Source: Octopus bimaculoides
Taxonomy: Eukaryota
Reading direction: 5' to 3'
Length of the DNA: 64,000 nucleotides
Assembly: GCF_001194135.2 (NCBI RefSeq)
Contig: NC_068983.1
Span: 66,196,672 to 66,260,671, forward strand
A model generated the notes under the pieces. The model saw only the letters and a list, made by a program, of their open reading frames with translations, had not been told where the DNA came from and made no database searches. Positions 39,395-50,849 of this stretch are shown here, piece by piece. Position 1 is the stretch's first letter. Each line of letters opens with the position of its first letter. The translations under genes were made by a program, and so were the position numbers.

Positions 39395-39829
39395 TACTCT
39401 TTACTCTTTTACTTGTTTCAGTCATTTGACTGCAGCCATGCTGGAGCACCGGCTTTAGTTGAGCAAATTGATCCCAGGACTTACTCTTGGGAAGTGTAGT
39501 ACTTATTCTATCAGTCTCTTTTGCTGAACCGCTAAGTTACAGGGATATAAACACACCAGCATCGGTTGTCAAGCGATGTTGGGGGGTCAAACACAGACAC
39601 ACAAACATATACACGCACATACATATATATATATACATATATATATACATATATATATACATATATATACGGGCTTCTTTCAGTTTCTGTCTACCAAATC
39701 CATTCACAAGACTTTGGTCAGCCCGAGGCTATAGTAGAAGACACTTGCCCAAGGTGCCATGCTGTGGAACTGAACCCAGAACCATGTGGTTGGTAAGCAA
39801 GCTACTTACCTCACAGCCACTCCCGCACC
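39395..39829 (-). mobile_element. CORE-type SINE, full length
   Basis: Reverse complement of the 48.5 kb copy, from (CTCTTTTA) tail to CAGCCACTCCCGCACC head. Confidence 0.92.
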
Positions 39830-39873
39830 TATATATAGGTATATACATGCATAGAGATATATGTCTATGTATA

Positions 39874-40185
39874 GCTGGCACTGCATCAGTTACGATGAGT
39901 GTCTCAATTGATCCTATCAATGAAATTACTAGCTCATGAAATGAATGTGCAAGTGGTTGAGTACTTCACAGACACATGCTCCCTTCATGTAGTTCTCAGA
40001 GAGATTCAGTTTGAGATAGAATTTGTCAAGGCTGGCCCTTTGAATTACAGGTACAACTCATTTTTGCCAGTTGAGTGAACTGGAGCAATGTGAAATAAAG
40101 TGTCTTGCTTAAGGACATAGCACACTGCCAAAAATTGAACTTTTGACTTATAATCATGAACTGAACCATAACCACCAACCAACAC
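39874..40185 (-). mobile_element. Third tRNA-type SINE-like element
   Basis: Minus strand: degenerate tRNA-like head, then GTCCTTAAGCAAGACACTTTATTTCAC and CACTCAACTGGCAAAAATGAGT, typical of SINE central domains; family not assigned. Confidence 0.55.
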
Positions 40186-40236
40186 ATCTTCACATATCTA
40201 ACTATATATATATGTACACATACACATACATGCATG

Positions 40237-40270
<34 letters not shown>

Positions 40271-40271
40271 T

Positions 40272-40535
40272 ATCATCATCATCATTTAATGTCCATTGTC
40301 CATTCTGGCATAGGTTGGACAGCTTGACCAGGACCGGTAAGCTGGAAGACTGCATCAGACTCCAGTCTGATTTGGCATGGTTTTCTACCGTGGGAATGTA
40401 ATGGGTGCTTTTACATGCTACCGGCATGGGTACCATCTGCATGACATCGGTATCTGCCATGACTGTGATTTTGCTCAGCTTGATGGGTCTTCTTGTCAAA
40501 CACAACATAATGCCAAATGTCTCAGGCATTGCCTC
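40272..40535 (-). mobile_element. RTE 3' tail (subfamily shared with the 56.2 kb copy)
   Basis: (CAT)n TTTAATGTCCATTGTCCAT..GGTAAGCTGGAAGACTGCA..; close to 56225-56530. Confidence 0.85.
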
Positions 40536-40539
40536 CGAG

Positions 40540-40596
<57 letters not shown>

Positions 40597-40606
40597 TACA
40601 TACATT

Positions 40607-40640
<34 letters not shown>

Positions 40641-40649
40641 TATGTTCAT

Positions 40650-41073
40650 TGTCCAAGCGTGTTCATTGCCAGAGCAGCTGTCTGGATTCCATGCTAGTGG
40701 CCTGTAAATAGCACCATTTGAACGTAATTGTTAACAGCGTTGCCTTCTAGCACTTGTGCTGGTGGAACATTAGAAAGTCATTTGATCGAGGTCGTTGCCA
40801 GTGCCGCTGGACTGGCTCCCGTGCAGGTGGCCTGTAAAAAACACCTGTTTGAGAGTGGCCGTTGCTAGTACTGCATGACTGGCCTTCGTGCCGGTGGCAT
40901 GTAAAAGCACCCACTACACTCTTGGAGTGATTGGCGTTAGGAAGGGCATCCAGCCGTAGAAACTCTGCCAGATCAGATTGGAGCCTGTTGTAGCCTTCTG
41001 GCTTGCCAGTCCTCAGTCAAATCGTCCAACTCATGCTAGCATGGAAAGCGGATGTTAAACGATGATGATGATG
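40650..41073 (+). mobile_element. RTE 3'UTR with subrepeats and (GAT)n tail
   Basis: ..GGCGTTAGGAAGGGCATCCAGC..CGTCCAACTCATGCTAGCATGGAAAGCGGATGTTAAAC(GAT)n. Confidence 0.88.
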
Positions 41074-42678
41074 AGATGTGTGTGTGTATATATACACATA
41101 CATTCATATATATATGATAGAATAACAGGAAACATGATACTAGTATTTTATTTCATATCCATTACATTTGTTTCAGTGATCAATAATCAAGATCAATGAA
41201 TAATTACAAATTATAAATTACTGACTTATAAAATATATTTGATCAGATCAATTAAAGACCACTTCATCACACAAGTACATACTTGCCTATATATATATAC
41301 ACACACACACACACATGCATATACACACGCATGATAGGTTTCTTTCTACTTCTGTTTACCAAATCCACTCACAAAGCTATGGTCAACACACAGCTACAGA
41401 AGAAGACACTTGCTCATGGTGAAATACAGGGGTACTGAACTTGAAACTACATGGTTGGAAAGGGAACTTTTTATCTACTTAGCTATGCTTGCACCAGTTA
41501 CCATAAGTATGTTTGGATGTATGTATGTATGTTTGTTTGTTTATAGTTTTAGCTTAAAGCTGCGGTCATGCATATGTATGTATGTATGTATGTATGCATG
41601 CATGCATGTATGCATGTATGTCTTTATGTGTGCGTCTATGTATGAATGCATATTAAAAGAAGGTTTTTATCAGTATAAAAGCAGTTAACTATAATGATAG
41701 TAAAGGACTCACTGTGAATGTAGGGTCATCTATTCTTGATCATTTTATTGACTGACTTTGAAGTTTCACTGCTGAAACTTCAATGTCACTGCCAATACAT
41801 TCATTGCAAAAACACATATATTTTTGTGTGTAGATAAACAATGGGCTTCATTGTAGTTTCCCCTCAATGTAGTTACACTCACAAGGCATTGATCATCTTG
41901 AGATTGTAGAAGCTTCTACTATGTGGAGTCAGCCTCAGAACCCAGTGGTTGAGAATTGAACATCTTTATTACATAATAACGCTTGTGTCCAGCTGGGAAA
42001 ATTACATACAGCTGAAATATCATTTGCATTCAGCTGAAATAACATATACATACAGTTAAAATAACATATTTATATATAGATAAATCAAACAGTTTAATAC
42101 AGACATTTATACAATGTAAGCATTTAAATCTGACAAGACATTAGTGTTCTTACTGATACATTGCCACACAGACCTCACATTCTTCTAACAGTGTTACCCA
42201 GTCAGAAATTCACCCTGTTACATAGCCATCACACTGTTTCACTTCCACTCTATTACACATTTGCTCTGATGAGACAATGAGGAAGCCTCTGTATGGTCAC
42301 TCAACTCGTTAGAGGTAACTGCTAAATCTCTTTTAAATGACACTGTACTATCAATAGTCTTAGACACTTGTAAGACCATACACTCTTTTATAACGACTTT
42401 AATTAATGGATTGCTGGGTCAGTTTTAACCTGAAGTTACACAACACCAACAACCACACTACAATTCTTAAACTGTCAAATTACAAAACATAGTTCTCATT
42501 GTTTTTGCTCTGACAAATTATTCTATACCAAGTAAAAGAATTTTGTTATTCACCATACACAATATTCCTTTCTGTGAAATTTATTGAATTTATTTTTGCT
42601 ACAACAGAACACAAACTTTAATGTAATGTTTTACTCTGCTAAACAGACTTTTAAATTATAATAGTTTTCAACACATAC

Positions 42679-42722
<44 letters not shown>

Positions 42723-43146
42723 TTTTTGAATGGTGAATCTCAAAGCAGATAAAGCTATAAATTATAGTGTATAAATATTGCATTAAAATACTTTTTGGAT
42801 AGAAAAAGTTTCAGGATGAAAAATATGACTGTGTATGCTAGAAATAAAAATTCGAAATAATGGTGAAAGACATGCAAAGCAACTTAGAGAAAGGACAAAA
42901 TAGAAACCCATTTCATCAGCTGACTTTCCAGCTTTCATTCCAGAATCTCTAGGATTTCAGAACTTAAAAAAAATTGGTACCTTTTATCAAGAAAGTACCA
43001 TATAGTTCCTTTATAAATATATATGATAGTTTGCACATTTGAAACTATTTAAAATTTTGTGACTGTTAAACTCATGTTTTAGATTTTTGTTATGTCATAT
43101 TTCATAGGTTTTTCTGCTTTATCATCTTCAAGTGTTATATTCCTTA

Positions 43147-43192
<46 letters not shown>

Positions 43193-43270
43193 CACATATA
43201 TATATACACATATATATATATATACATATGTATATATATATACATATATATATATACATATATATATATA

Positions 43271-43341
43271 CATCATCATCATCATCATCATCGTTTAACG
43301 TCCGCTTTCCATGCTAGCATGGGTTGGACGATTTGACTGAG
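43271..43341 (-). mobile_element. RTE 3' tail truncated by an assembly gap
   Basis: Identical to the start of the 7131 and 50618 copies. Confidence 0.85.
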
Positions 43342-43445
43342 NNNNNNNNNNNNNNNNNNNNNNNNNNNNNNNNNNNNNNNNNNNNNNNNNNNNNNNNNNN
43401 NNNNNNNNNNNNNNNNNNNNNNNNNNNNNNNNNNNNNNNNNNNNN

Positions 43446-43478
<33 letters not shown>

Positions 43479-43493
43479 TTGTGTGTGTGTGTA

Positions 43494-43539
<46 letters not shown>

Positions 43540-44094
43540 ACAAAGGTACCATTAATTCTATTATTATCCAATGTCACCAATTTAAGAATGATAATAACAG
43601 AATCAATGATACAGGCGACTGCAGGCCGAACATGGCATTTAAAAAATTGAGGGATTATAATCAATCAAAGGACATACTAAGTATGTCTGCCTGCTTGAAA
43701 TAACAGTCAAAACTCATTATTAGATCGCCAAAAATACACTGGTAATTACTACAGAAATCAAACAAAGGCAAAATTGGTTAAGACAAATTTTTCACTATTT
43801 TTTGTTAATATTTTTGATAAATGGTTCAACAAAGTACACTGTCAATAATTCTTATTCTTATACGCAAATAGCATATGATATGTGTGTGAGTGTGTCTATA
43901 TGTGCGTATGTGTGGTTGTATGTGTGTGTATGTGTTTGAATGTGTAGACTGTGACCCCTTTTTGTCCCAGTTGTTTCAAAAACTATGATCACCCTAAATA
44001 TATCCTATATTTACAGATTTATAATAAAATATATTTAGTTGAATGTTTACTTTACTATGTAAAGAAGCCCGGATTCTCCAATTATTAATTTATA

Positions 44095-44400
44095 GGCGGA
44101 GGAGTGGATGTGTGGTAAGTAGCTTGTCTACCAACCACATGGTTCCGGGTTCAGTCCCACTGTGTGGCATCTTGGGCAAGTGTCTTCTACTGTAGCCTCG
44201 GGCCGACCAAAGCCTTGTGAGTAGATTTGGTAGACGGAAACTGAAAGAAGCCCGTCATATATATGTATATGTATATATATGTGCGTGTGTGTTTGTGTGT
44301 CTGTGTTTGTCCCCCCAGCATCGCTTGACAAGCGATGCTGGCGGTGCTCCAGCATAGCCGCAGTTAAATGACTGAAACAAGTAAAAGAGTAAAAGAGTAA
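44095..44400 (+). mobile_element. CORE-type SINE with an internal deletion
   Basis: Intact head; GATGCTG joined directly to GCGGTGCTCCAGC; (TAAAAGAG)n tail. Confidence 0.92.
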
Positions 44401-44502
44401 GCAGTAAAAATAATTGCCGTTATATTTTATTGTTTGTGTGTTTAGAAATAGGTTGTCTAACAAGACGAAATGTAGTGAAGAATATAGCAATTATCTTTCA
44501 TC

Positions 44503-44892
44503 ATTTACTCATTTCAATCATTGAACTGTGGCCATGCTGGGGCACCACACTGAACAGTTTACTCAAACAAGTCAACTTACTTTTAAACCAGGTACTTTTT
44601 TTATCGGTTACTTTTCACTGAACCATTTTGTTATGTGAACATAAACAAACCAACACTAATTGTCAAGCAGCGGTGGGAGACATACACAAACACATGCACA
44701 CACACACACACACACACACACACCCATACAACAGGCTTTTGTTCAGGTTTCTAACACCAAATCTTCCCATGAGGCTCGGATCAACCAGGTACTATAGTAG
44801 AAGAGACTTGCCCAAGGTGTCATGCAGTGGGTCCGAACCCAAAACCATGTGGTTGGGAAGCAAACTTCTTACCACACAGCCATGTCTGCACC
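44503..44892 (-). mobile_element. CORE-type SINE, older copy
   Basis: ACTTGCCCAAGGTG..AACCATGTGGTTGGGAAGCAA..CACACAGCCATG; tail GCCATGCTGGGGCACC. Confidence 0.85.
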
Positions 44893-45621
44893 TAGATGAG
44901 ATTATTTTAGATTGATTCTACAATAGACATCTAGGAAATTCAATGTCTGTAATTTCTGAATAGTAATTTCATCTGACTGGCAGGATAGCACGTTATGCCT
45001 ACTTTCACACTTTCCAATCCTCAAATAACCAGACTGCAAAATTACCAGAGTGTCAGATTTCAAACACTCACTGACATAATCTTAGGAATAAATTTCAATT
45101 TCAATGGGCATATAATCATTTTTGAGTAACAGAACAAAGATAATGTAATCTATCAACACCATGTTCATGATCATCATTGCTTTCTTCATTATAGTCGTCA
45201 TCATCATCATCATCATCATTAATATCATCAACATGTGCTATAACAGTAAAAGTTGAAAATAAAATTAATAAAAAAAAAAATCAAAAATCAAAAATGCAAG
45301 CAAAATACACAAGAGATATAATAAAACCAATGATATTTGCATATTTTATATATGTATTTTACAACTGAAACATTTTATATATGTATTTTATAACTGAAAT
45401 ACCTTATTTCCATATCTAATATATAAAAAAATTAATGATAAAAATTTAATACATTGACATAAAGCCACAAACTTATAGTTAGTAGACTATATTATCAATT
45501 GAGAGGCAAATTTAAATATGTTAAGATTTGATCTCAGAACATTAAGGAACAAACTTAAATGTGACTCCATCCATTTGATAATAAAAAAAGTTAAAGTGAT
45601 GATAACAATGATAATAATGAT

Positions 45622-45841
45622 TTCGAATGTTGGCACAAGGTCAGCAGTTTTTGAAGGGAAGGAGAAAGTGATTAGATCCCAGTGCTCAATTGGTACTCAC
45701 TTTACTGATGCCTGGTCTGCTCGGTATCATCTCTGAAAGGATGAAACCGTGACAAAATCTGAACTCAGAGTATAATGCTAGAACAAAATGCAGCTAAGCA
45801 TTTTCTTCAACATGCTAACAATTCTGCCAGCTAGCTGCCTT
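45622..45841 (-). mobile_element. Meta/Sauria-like SINE
   Basis: GAAAGGATGAAA..TGAACTCAGAG..CTAAGCAT..TGCTAACAATTCTGCCAGCT matches the reverse complement of the 30.7 kb copy. Confidence 0.75.
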
Positions 45842-45842
45842 A

Positions 45843-45913
<71 letters not shown>

Positions 45914-45916
45914 ATG

Positions 45917-45951
<35 letters not shown>

Positions 45952-46017
45952 GAGGAGGAAGAGGAAGAGGAGGAAGACGACGACGGCGACTACTACTACT
46001 ACTACTACTAATACTAC

Positions 46018-46080
<63 letters not shown>

Positions 46081-46092
46081 TACAGCAGCAGC
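45842..46092. repeat. Compound trinucleotide microsatellite (TAG/TAA/GAG/GAC/TAC/CAG)
   Basis: Direct tandem runs immediately upstream of an R4/Dong fragment. Confidence 0.95.
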
Positions 46093-46099
46093 AAAGCAA

Positions 46100-46840
46100 G
46101 CAGATGGAAAGAAATGGAATTATATAATTCATGGAAAAAATGGGGAATATTGGAATTAAAGACTTTTGAGTATGTTTGAAAGATGGAAATCAAAGTACTA
46201 ATTATAACCACTGAAGAACAAGCCATTTGGGAAAATCAGATGAAGACAAAGATCAACAAACTCAGTCAGAGAGCAAAGGTAAAATCTGCAAGAAAGATGA
46301 AAATATCAATCATCACAAAAATGAATGCAGTAAGCTAGCCCCAAAAGAGTATAAACACAGGCGCAACTTTGGAGATAAAAGAGTGCATTGGGAAGTTAGT
46401 TGTGTGTGTGGCTTCAAAACAACTGAAAATCAGTATGAACATGAACCAGAGGCTGTGACAGAGATAAAGAATTACAAAATTTTATGAAACTTCCCCATAA
46501 AGACTGACTATAATACTGAAGCAAGATTATGTCTGATTGTAGGGATTATAGCCTGATTATAGTGTAAGATCATAGACTTTGCGATACCCTATGATAACAG
46601 AATGGATACCAAAATAATTCAAAAACATTGAGAACTATCAGGACCTAGCTAGAGAGTTGAAGAGATTGTGGAAGATAAAACCAACAATTATTCCTATGGT
46701 AATTGGGGCACTTGGCACAACACTTAAAGTACTACCAAAGAGAGTCAAAGACATTGGAATTGAGGCTCACATTGTCTGCCAGCAGAAAAGTAGCCCCTGT
46801 ATTCTACAAGAATCCAAAGAAAGATTCTTGAGACTTAAAG
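46100..46840 (+). mobile_element. R4/Dong-type 3' fragment (CCHC finger and restriction-like endonuclease)
   Basis: EEQAI..KICKKDENINHHKNECSKLAPKEYKHR..VHWE..YEHEPE..YKIL*NFPIKTD..KIIDFAIPYDNR..IENYQDLARELKRLW..IIPMVIGALGT. Confidence 0.88.
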
Positions 46841-46919
46841 GGACTTGTCACCATCAATTCTCAATATAACAAACCTACTAATTAAATTAACATGTAATAG
46901 CTTTGGCATAATAATGACT

Positions 46920-47095
46920 GTTTTTAATACAGGCAAAATATAATTTTTTGTGAAGGGGTTATTTGATTAAATGAACCTTAGTAATTGACTGGTTCCATAT
47001 TTTATCAACCTTTGAGTGTTGAAAGTCGATCTCAGTGGAATATGATCTCAAAACATCAAGAGCTGGTAGAAATACTGAAAGTTATTATTGTCCAA
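46920..47095 (-). mobile_element. Meta/Sauria-like SINE, degenerate
   Basis: GACTGGTTCCATATTTTATCAACC..GAAAGTCGATCTCAGTGGAAT. Confidence 0.6.
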
Positions 47096-47114
47096 TGTTC
47101 TAATGTTCCTGCCA

Positions 47115-48092
47115 ACCTGAGTGGCACCTTGGGCAAGTAAATTCTATTATAGCCTCAGGCAAACCAAAGCCTTGTGAGTGGATTTGGTAGACAGAAACTG
47201 AAAGAACCCTGTCATATATACATTGGAGTTTTAGCACTTTAGCTGCTATATATATATGTATATATATATATATATNNNNNNNNNNNNNNNNNNNNNNNNN
47301 NNNNNNNNNNNNNNNNNNNNNNNNNNNNNNNNNNNNNNNNNNNNNNNNNNNNNNNNNNNNNNNNNNNNNNNNNNNNNNNNNNNNNNNNNNNNNNNNNNNN
47401 NNNNNNNNNNNNNNNNNNNNNNNNNNNNNNNNNNNNNNNNNNNNNNNNNNNNNNNNNNNNNNNNNNNNNNNNNNNNNNNNNNNNNNNNNNNNNNNNNNNN
47501 NNNNNNNNNNNNNNNNNNNNNNNNNNNNNNNNNNNNNNNNNNNNNNNNNNNNNNNNNNNNNNNNNNNNNNNNNNNNNNNNNNNNNNNNNNNNNNNNNNNN
47601 NNNNNNNNNNNNNNNNNNNNNNNNNNNNNNNNNNNNNNNNNNNNNNNNNNNNNNNNNNNNNNNNNNNNNNNNNNNNNNNNNNNNNNNNNNNNNNNNNNNN
47701 NNNNNNNNNNNNNNNNNNNNNNNNNNNNNNNNNNNNNNNNNNNNNNNNNNNNNNNNNNNNNNNNNNNNNNNNNNNNNNNNNNNNNNNNNNNNNNNNNNNN
47801 NNNNNNNNNNNNNNNNNNNNNNNNNNNNNNNNNNNNNNNNNNNNNNNNNNNNNNNNNNNNNNNNNNNNNNNNNNNNNNNNNNNNNNNNNNNNNNNNNNNN
47901 NNNNNNNNNNNNNNNNNNNNNNNNNNNNNNNNNNNNNNNNNNNNNNNNNNNNNNNNNNNNNNNNNNNNNNNNNNNNNNNNNNNNNNNNNNNNNNNNNNNN
48001 NNNNNNNNNNNNNNNNNNNNNNNNNNNNNNNNNNNNNNNNNNNNNNNNNNNNNNNNNNNNNNNNNNNNNNNNNNNNNNNNNNNNNNNNNNNN

Positions 48093-48165
<73 letters not shown>

Positions 48166-48388
48166 GTATCTTTGTGTCTATGTTTGTTCCCTATCATTGC
48201 TTGACAATCAATGTTGGTGTGTTTGCATCCCCGGAACTTAGCGGTTCAGCAAAAGAGTCTAATAGAATAAGTACCAGGCTTACAAAGAATAAGTCCTGCG
48301 GTTGATTTGTTCGACTAAAGGTGGTGCTCCAGCATGGCTACAGTCAAACGACTGAAACAAATAAAAGAATACAGGAATAAAAGAATAA
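47115..48388 (+). mobile_element. CORE-type SINE whose internal microsatellite spans an ~800-N gap
   Basis: 5' half (GGCACCTTGGGCAAGT..GAAACTGAAAG) before the gap; (TG)n and the 3' half after it. Confidence 0.8.
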
Positions 48389-48526
48389 GAATAATTCTTT
48401 GTTTATTGTCTGCAAAGGCTGCAAAGAACATTTCAGACAATACAAAGCCAAAAGACTGAGGATTTACAGGAAAAAATGTGTAAACAATAAAAAACAACAA
48501 TTTGCCAAAATATTTTAAACAAGATA

Positions 48527-48948
48527 GGTGCAGGAGTGGCTGTGTGGTAAGTAGCCTGCTTACCAACCACCTGGTTCCGGGTTCAGTCCCACTGCGTGGC
48601 ACCTTGGGCGAGTGTCTTCTACTATAGCCTCGGGCCAACCAAAGCCTTGTGAGTGGATTTGGTAGGCGGAAACTGAAAGAAGTCCGTCGTATATATGTTT
48701 ACATATGTATATGTTTGTGTGTTTTTGTGTCTGTGTTTGTCCCCCCAGTATCGCTTGACAACCAATGCTGGTGTGTTTACGTCCCCGTAAGTTAGCGGTT
48801 CGGCAAAAAGAGATCGATAGAATAAGTACTACGCTTAGAAAGAATAAGTCCTGGAGTCGATTTTCTCGACTAAAGGCGCTGCTCCAGCATAGCCAAAGTC
48901 AAATGACGGAAACAAGTAAAAGAGTAAAAGACAGAGAGTAAAGAGTAA
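48527..48948 (+). mobile_element. CORE-type SINE, full length, little decayed
   Basis: GGTGCAGGAGTGGCTGTGTGGTAAGTAGC..GGGTTCAGTCCCACTGCGTGGCACCTTGGG..(TAAAAGAG)n. Confidence 0.93.
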
Positions 48949-49486
48949 GATCTCCAGTAGTAGGAAAAACACCAACCAGGGGTGACAATGAGTTCCGCTG
49001 ACCCCCACTGACTCCAGGAATACCATGGCAGGTGCTTCTCTCTCTTTCATACTCCTCAGCTTATATAGGCACCAGAGTTGGCTTGCTCACTTAGGCCATC
49101 CTCATCATATTCACCCACCTTTCAACAAATTTACTACTATCATTTATTAGTGATAAGAGATGGAAGTGACACAAAAAATATGAGACTTTTGCTGGCGGTT
49201 ACAAGGAGAGAAGAAACAAGTGAAGCAAGAAATACAAATTTACAAATATGAAAGTGTGGGGAAGATAGAGATGATGCAATATATAGATAGATGTATTTGG
49301 ATTTCAAAAACACATATATTATACAGAAATAAAAAAAAAACAATAAAATGACATACATAATAATTAAACAAGATATAATTAGAAGTTTTGACCAGCAGGG
49401 ATTTGCTTTTTGTTTTTATGCTGTTACCTTTGATCATTTTCATAATATTTTTCTTAATATTTCCAGATTTTCCTGGCATATATATG

Positions 49487-49517
<31 letters not shown>

Positions 49518-49625
49518 ATATATATATATATATTTGACAGGAAGGACAACAATAGAAAGGAAGAGACCTCGATATCATGCAAATAGAGGAATTTATCTGT
49601 GAAAATATGTGACACTTATTCAGTA

Positions 49626-49695
49626 GCCATGATAAAACTCCGGGTTTTGGATGCCAGGGTGGGAGCCCACGCCAACATCTCTTCAGTTATCCGGC
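49626..49695 (-). ncRNA. Type I hammerhead-like motif (G12 mutated in this copy), probably from a Penelope pLTR
   Basis: Minus: GAUAA-CUGAAGA-[GAUG..GUGG GCUC CCAC..CAUC C]-(G>A)AAA-C CCGGA GU U-UUAUC; stem I GAUAA/UUAUC is perfect and stem III has a palindromic CCGG loop. Confidence 0.6.
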
Positions 49696-49750
49696 CAATT
49701 GAAAATTCCTGTGAAAAATGACCGTTAAAAACAAAGGGAAATTACTGTGT

Positions 49751-49790
<40 letters not shown>

Positions 49791-49825
49791 TTATATATAT
49801 ATATATGTATGTATTATGCATGCAT

Positions 49826-50077
49826 GCCTTGTGCGGGTGGCACATAAAATACACCATTTTGAGCATGGACGTTGCCAGTACTGCCTGACTGGCCTTCGTG
49901 CGGGTGACATGTAAAAGCACCCACTACACTCTCTGAGTGGTTGGAGTTAGGAAGGGCATCCAGCTTTAGAAACTTTGCCAAATCAGATTGGAGCCTGGTG
50001 TAGCCATCTGGTTTCACCAGTCCTCAGTCAAATCGTCCAACCCATGCTAGCATGGAAAGTGGACGTTAAACAATGAT
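49826..50077 (+). mobile_element. RTE 3' tail, little decayed
   Basis: ..AGGAAGGGCATCCAGC..CAGTCCTCAGTCAAATCGTCCAACCCATGCTAGCATGGAAAGTGGACGTTAAAC. Confidence 0.9.
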
Positions 50078-50189
50078 ATATATAAATATATATATATATG
50101 TATATATATATATATGCATGTATGTAAGTATGCATGTATATATGTGTATATATATATATATATACGATTGACCGCTAGCTACTAAAGCT

Positions 50190-50340
50190 TTCTTTTTAAT
50201 CTCTGTTTATTTTCTCATGTTCCTTTCTCTTGAAGAGTGTAGGCTGGAAACATAAAAGACTTTCTCACCTTCCCAAATTTTAAACTAATACACCTGTTTG
50301 TTGTTTACACACCTGTCTTTGTTTTTTTTGTAAATTCCAA
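50190..50340 (+). mobile_element. Possible Penelope pLTR-like fragment with a decayed hammerhead-like core
   Basis: TTGAAGA-GTGTAGGCTG-GAAAC at 50230-50251, followed by T-rich sequence; stem I does not fit cleanly. Confidence 0.35.
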
Positions 50341-50342
50341 CT

Positions 50343-50377
<35 letters not shown>

Positions 50378-50507
50378 CACGCGTATAAGAAGGGATGACT
50401 CCAGAAATGTTCTGGAGAACATTATTTTTCTTTGTGGTTGGGTCGTTGATGACCTCTTTCTAGCATATTGGATGTCTACCTAGTGGTCATCCCTTCTTAT
50501 ACGCATG
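50378..50507. mobile_element. 130-bp MITE-like element
   Basis: Perfect 19-bp TIR GCGTATAAGAAGGGATGAC (50381-50399) / GTCATCCCTTCTTATACGC (50486-50504), extendable to 22 bp with one mismatch; TA on the left, CA on the right. Confidence 0.7.
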
Positions 50508-50617
50508 CAATACAATTTTTCTGAATTATCAGATTTTTATATGCTAGACCACTGGTTTTAAATTGAAATTAATTTTTTATCTATTACCCTCAGTATATAA
50601 ATATACATATATATATA

Positions 50618-50849
50618 TCATCATCATCATCATCATCGTTTAACGTCCGCTTTCCATGCTAGCATGGGTTGGACGATTTGACTGAGGACTGGTGAAACCG
50701 GATGGCAACACCAGGCTCCAGTCTGATTTGGCAGAGTTTCTACAGCTGGATGCCCTTCCTAACGCCAACCACTCAGAGAGTGTAGTGGGTGCTTTTACGT
50801 GTCACCCGCACGAAAACGGCCACGCTCGAAATGGTGTCTTTTATGTGCC
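50618..50849 (-). mobile_element. RTE 3' tail, little decayed, truncated by a gap
   Basis: (CAT)n CGTTTAACGTCCGCTTTCCATGCTAGCATGGGTTGGACG.. Confidence 0.9.

Noticed and set aside
47100-48305. Long ORFs of 250-365 aa here and at 50.7-51.6, 53.4-54.0 and 60.4-61.3 kb
   Set aside because: They are open only because they cross N gaps.
48527-48600. tRNA-like A and B boxes
   Set aside because: SINE heads; no cloverleaf or acceptor stem, and they continue into SINE bodies, so no tRNA gene is called.
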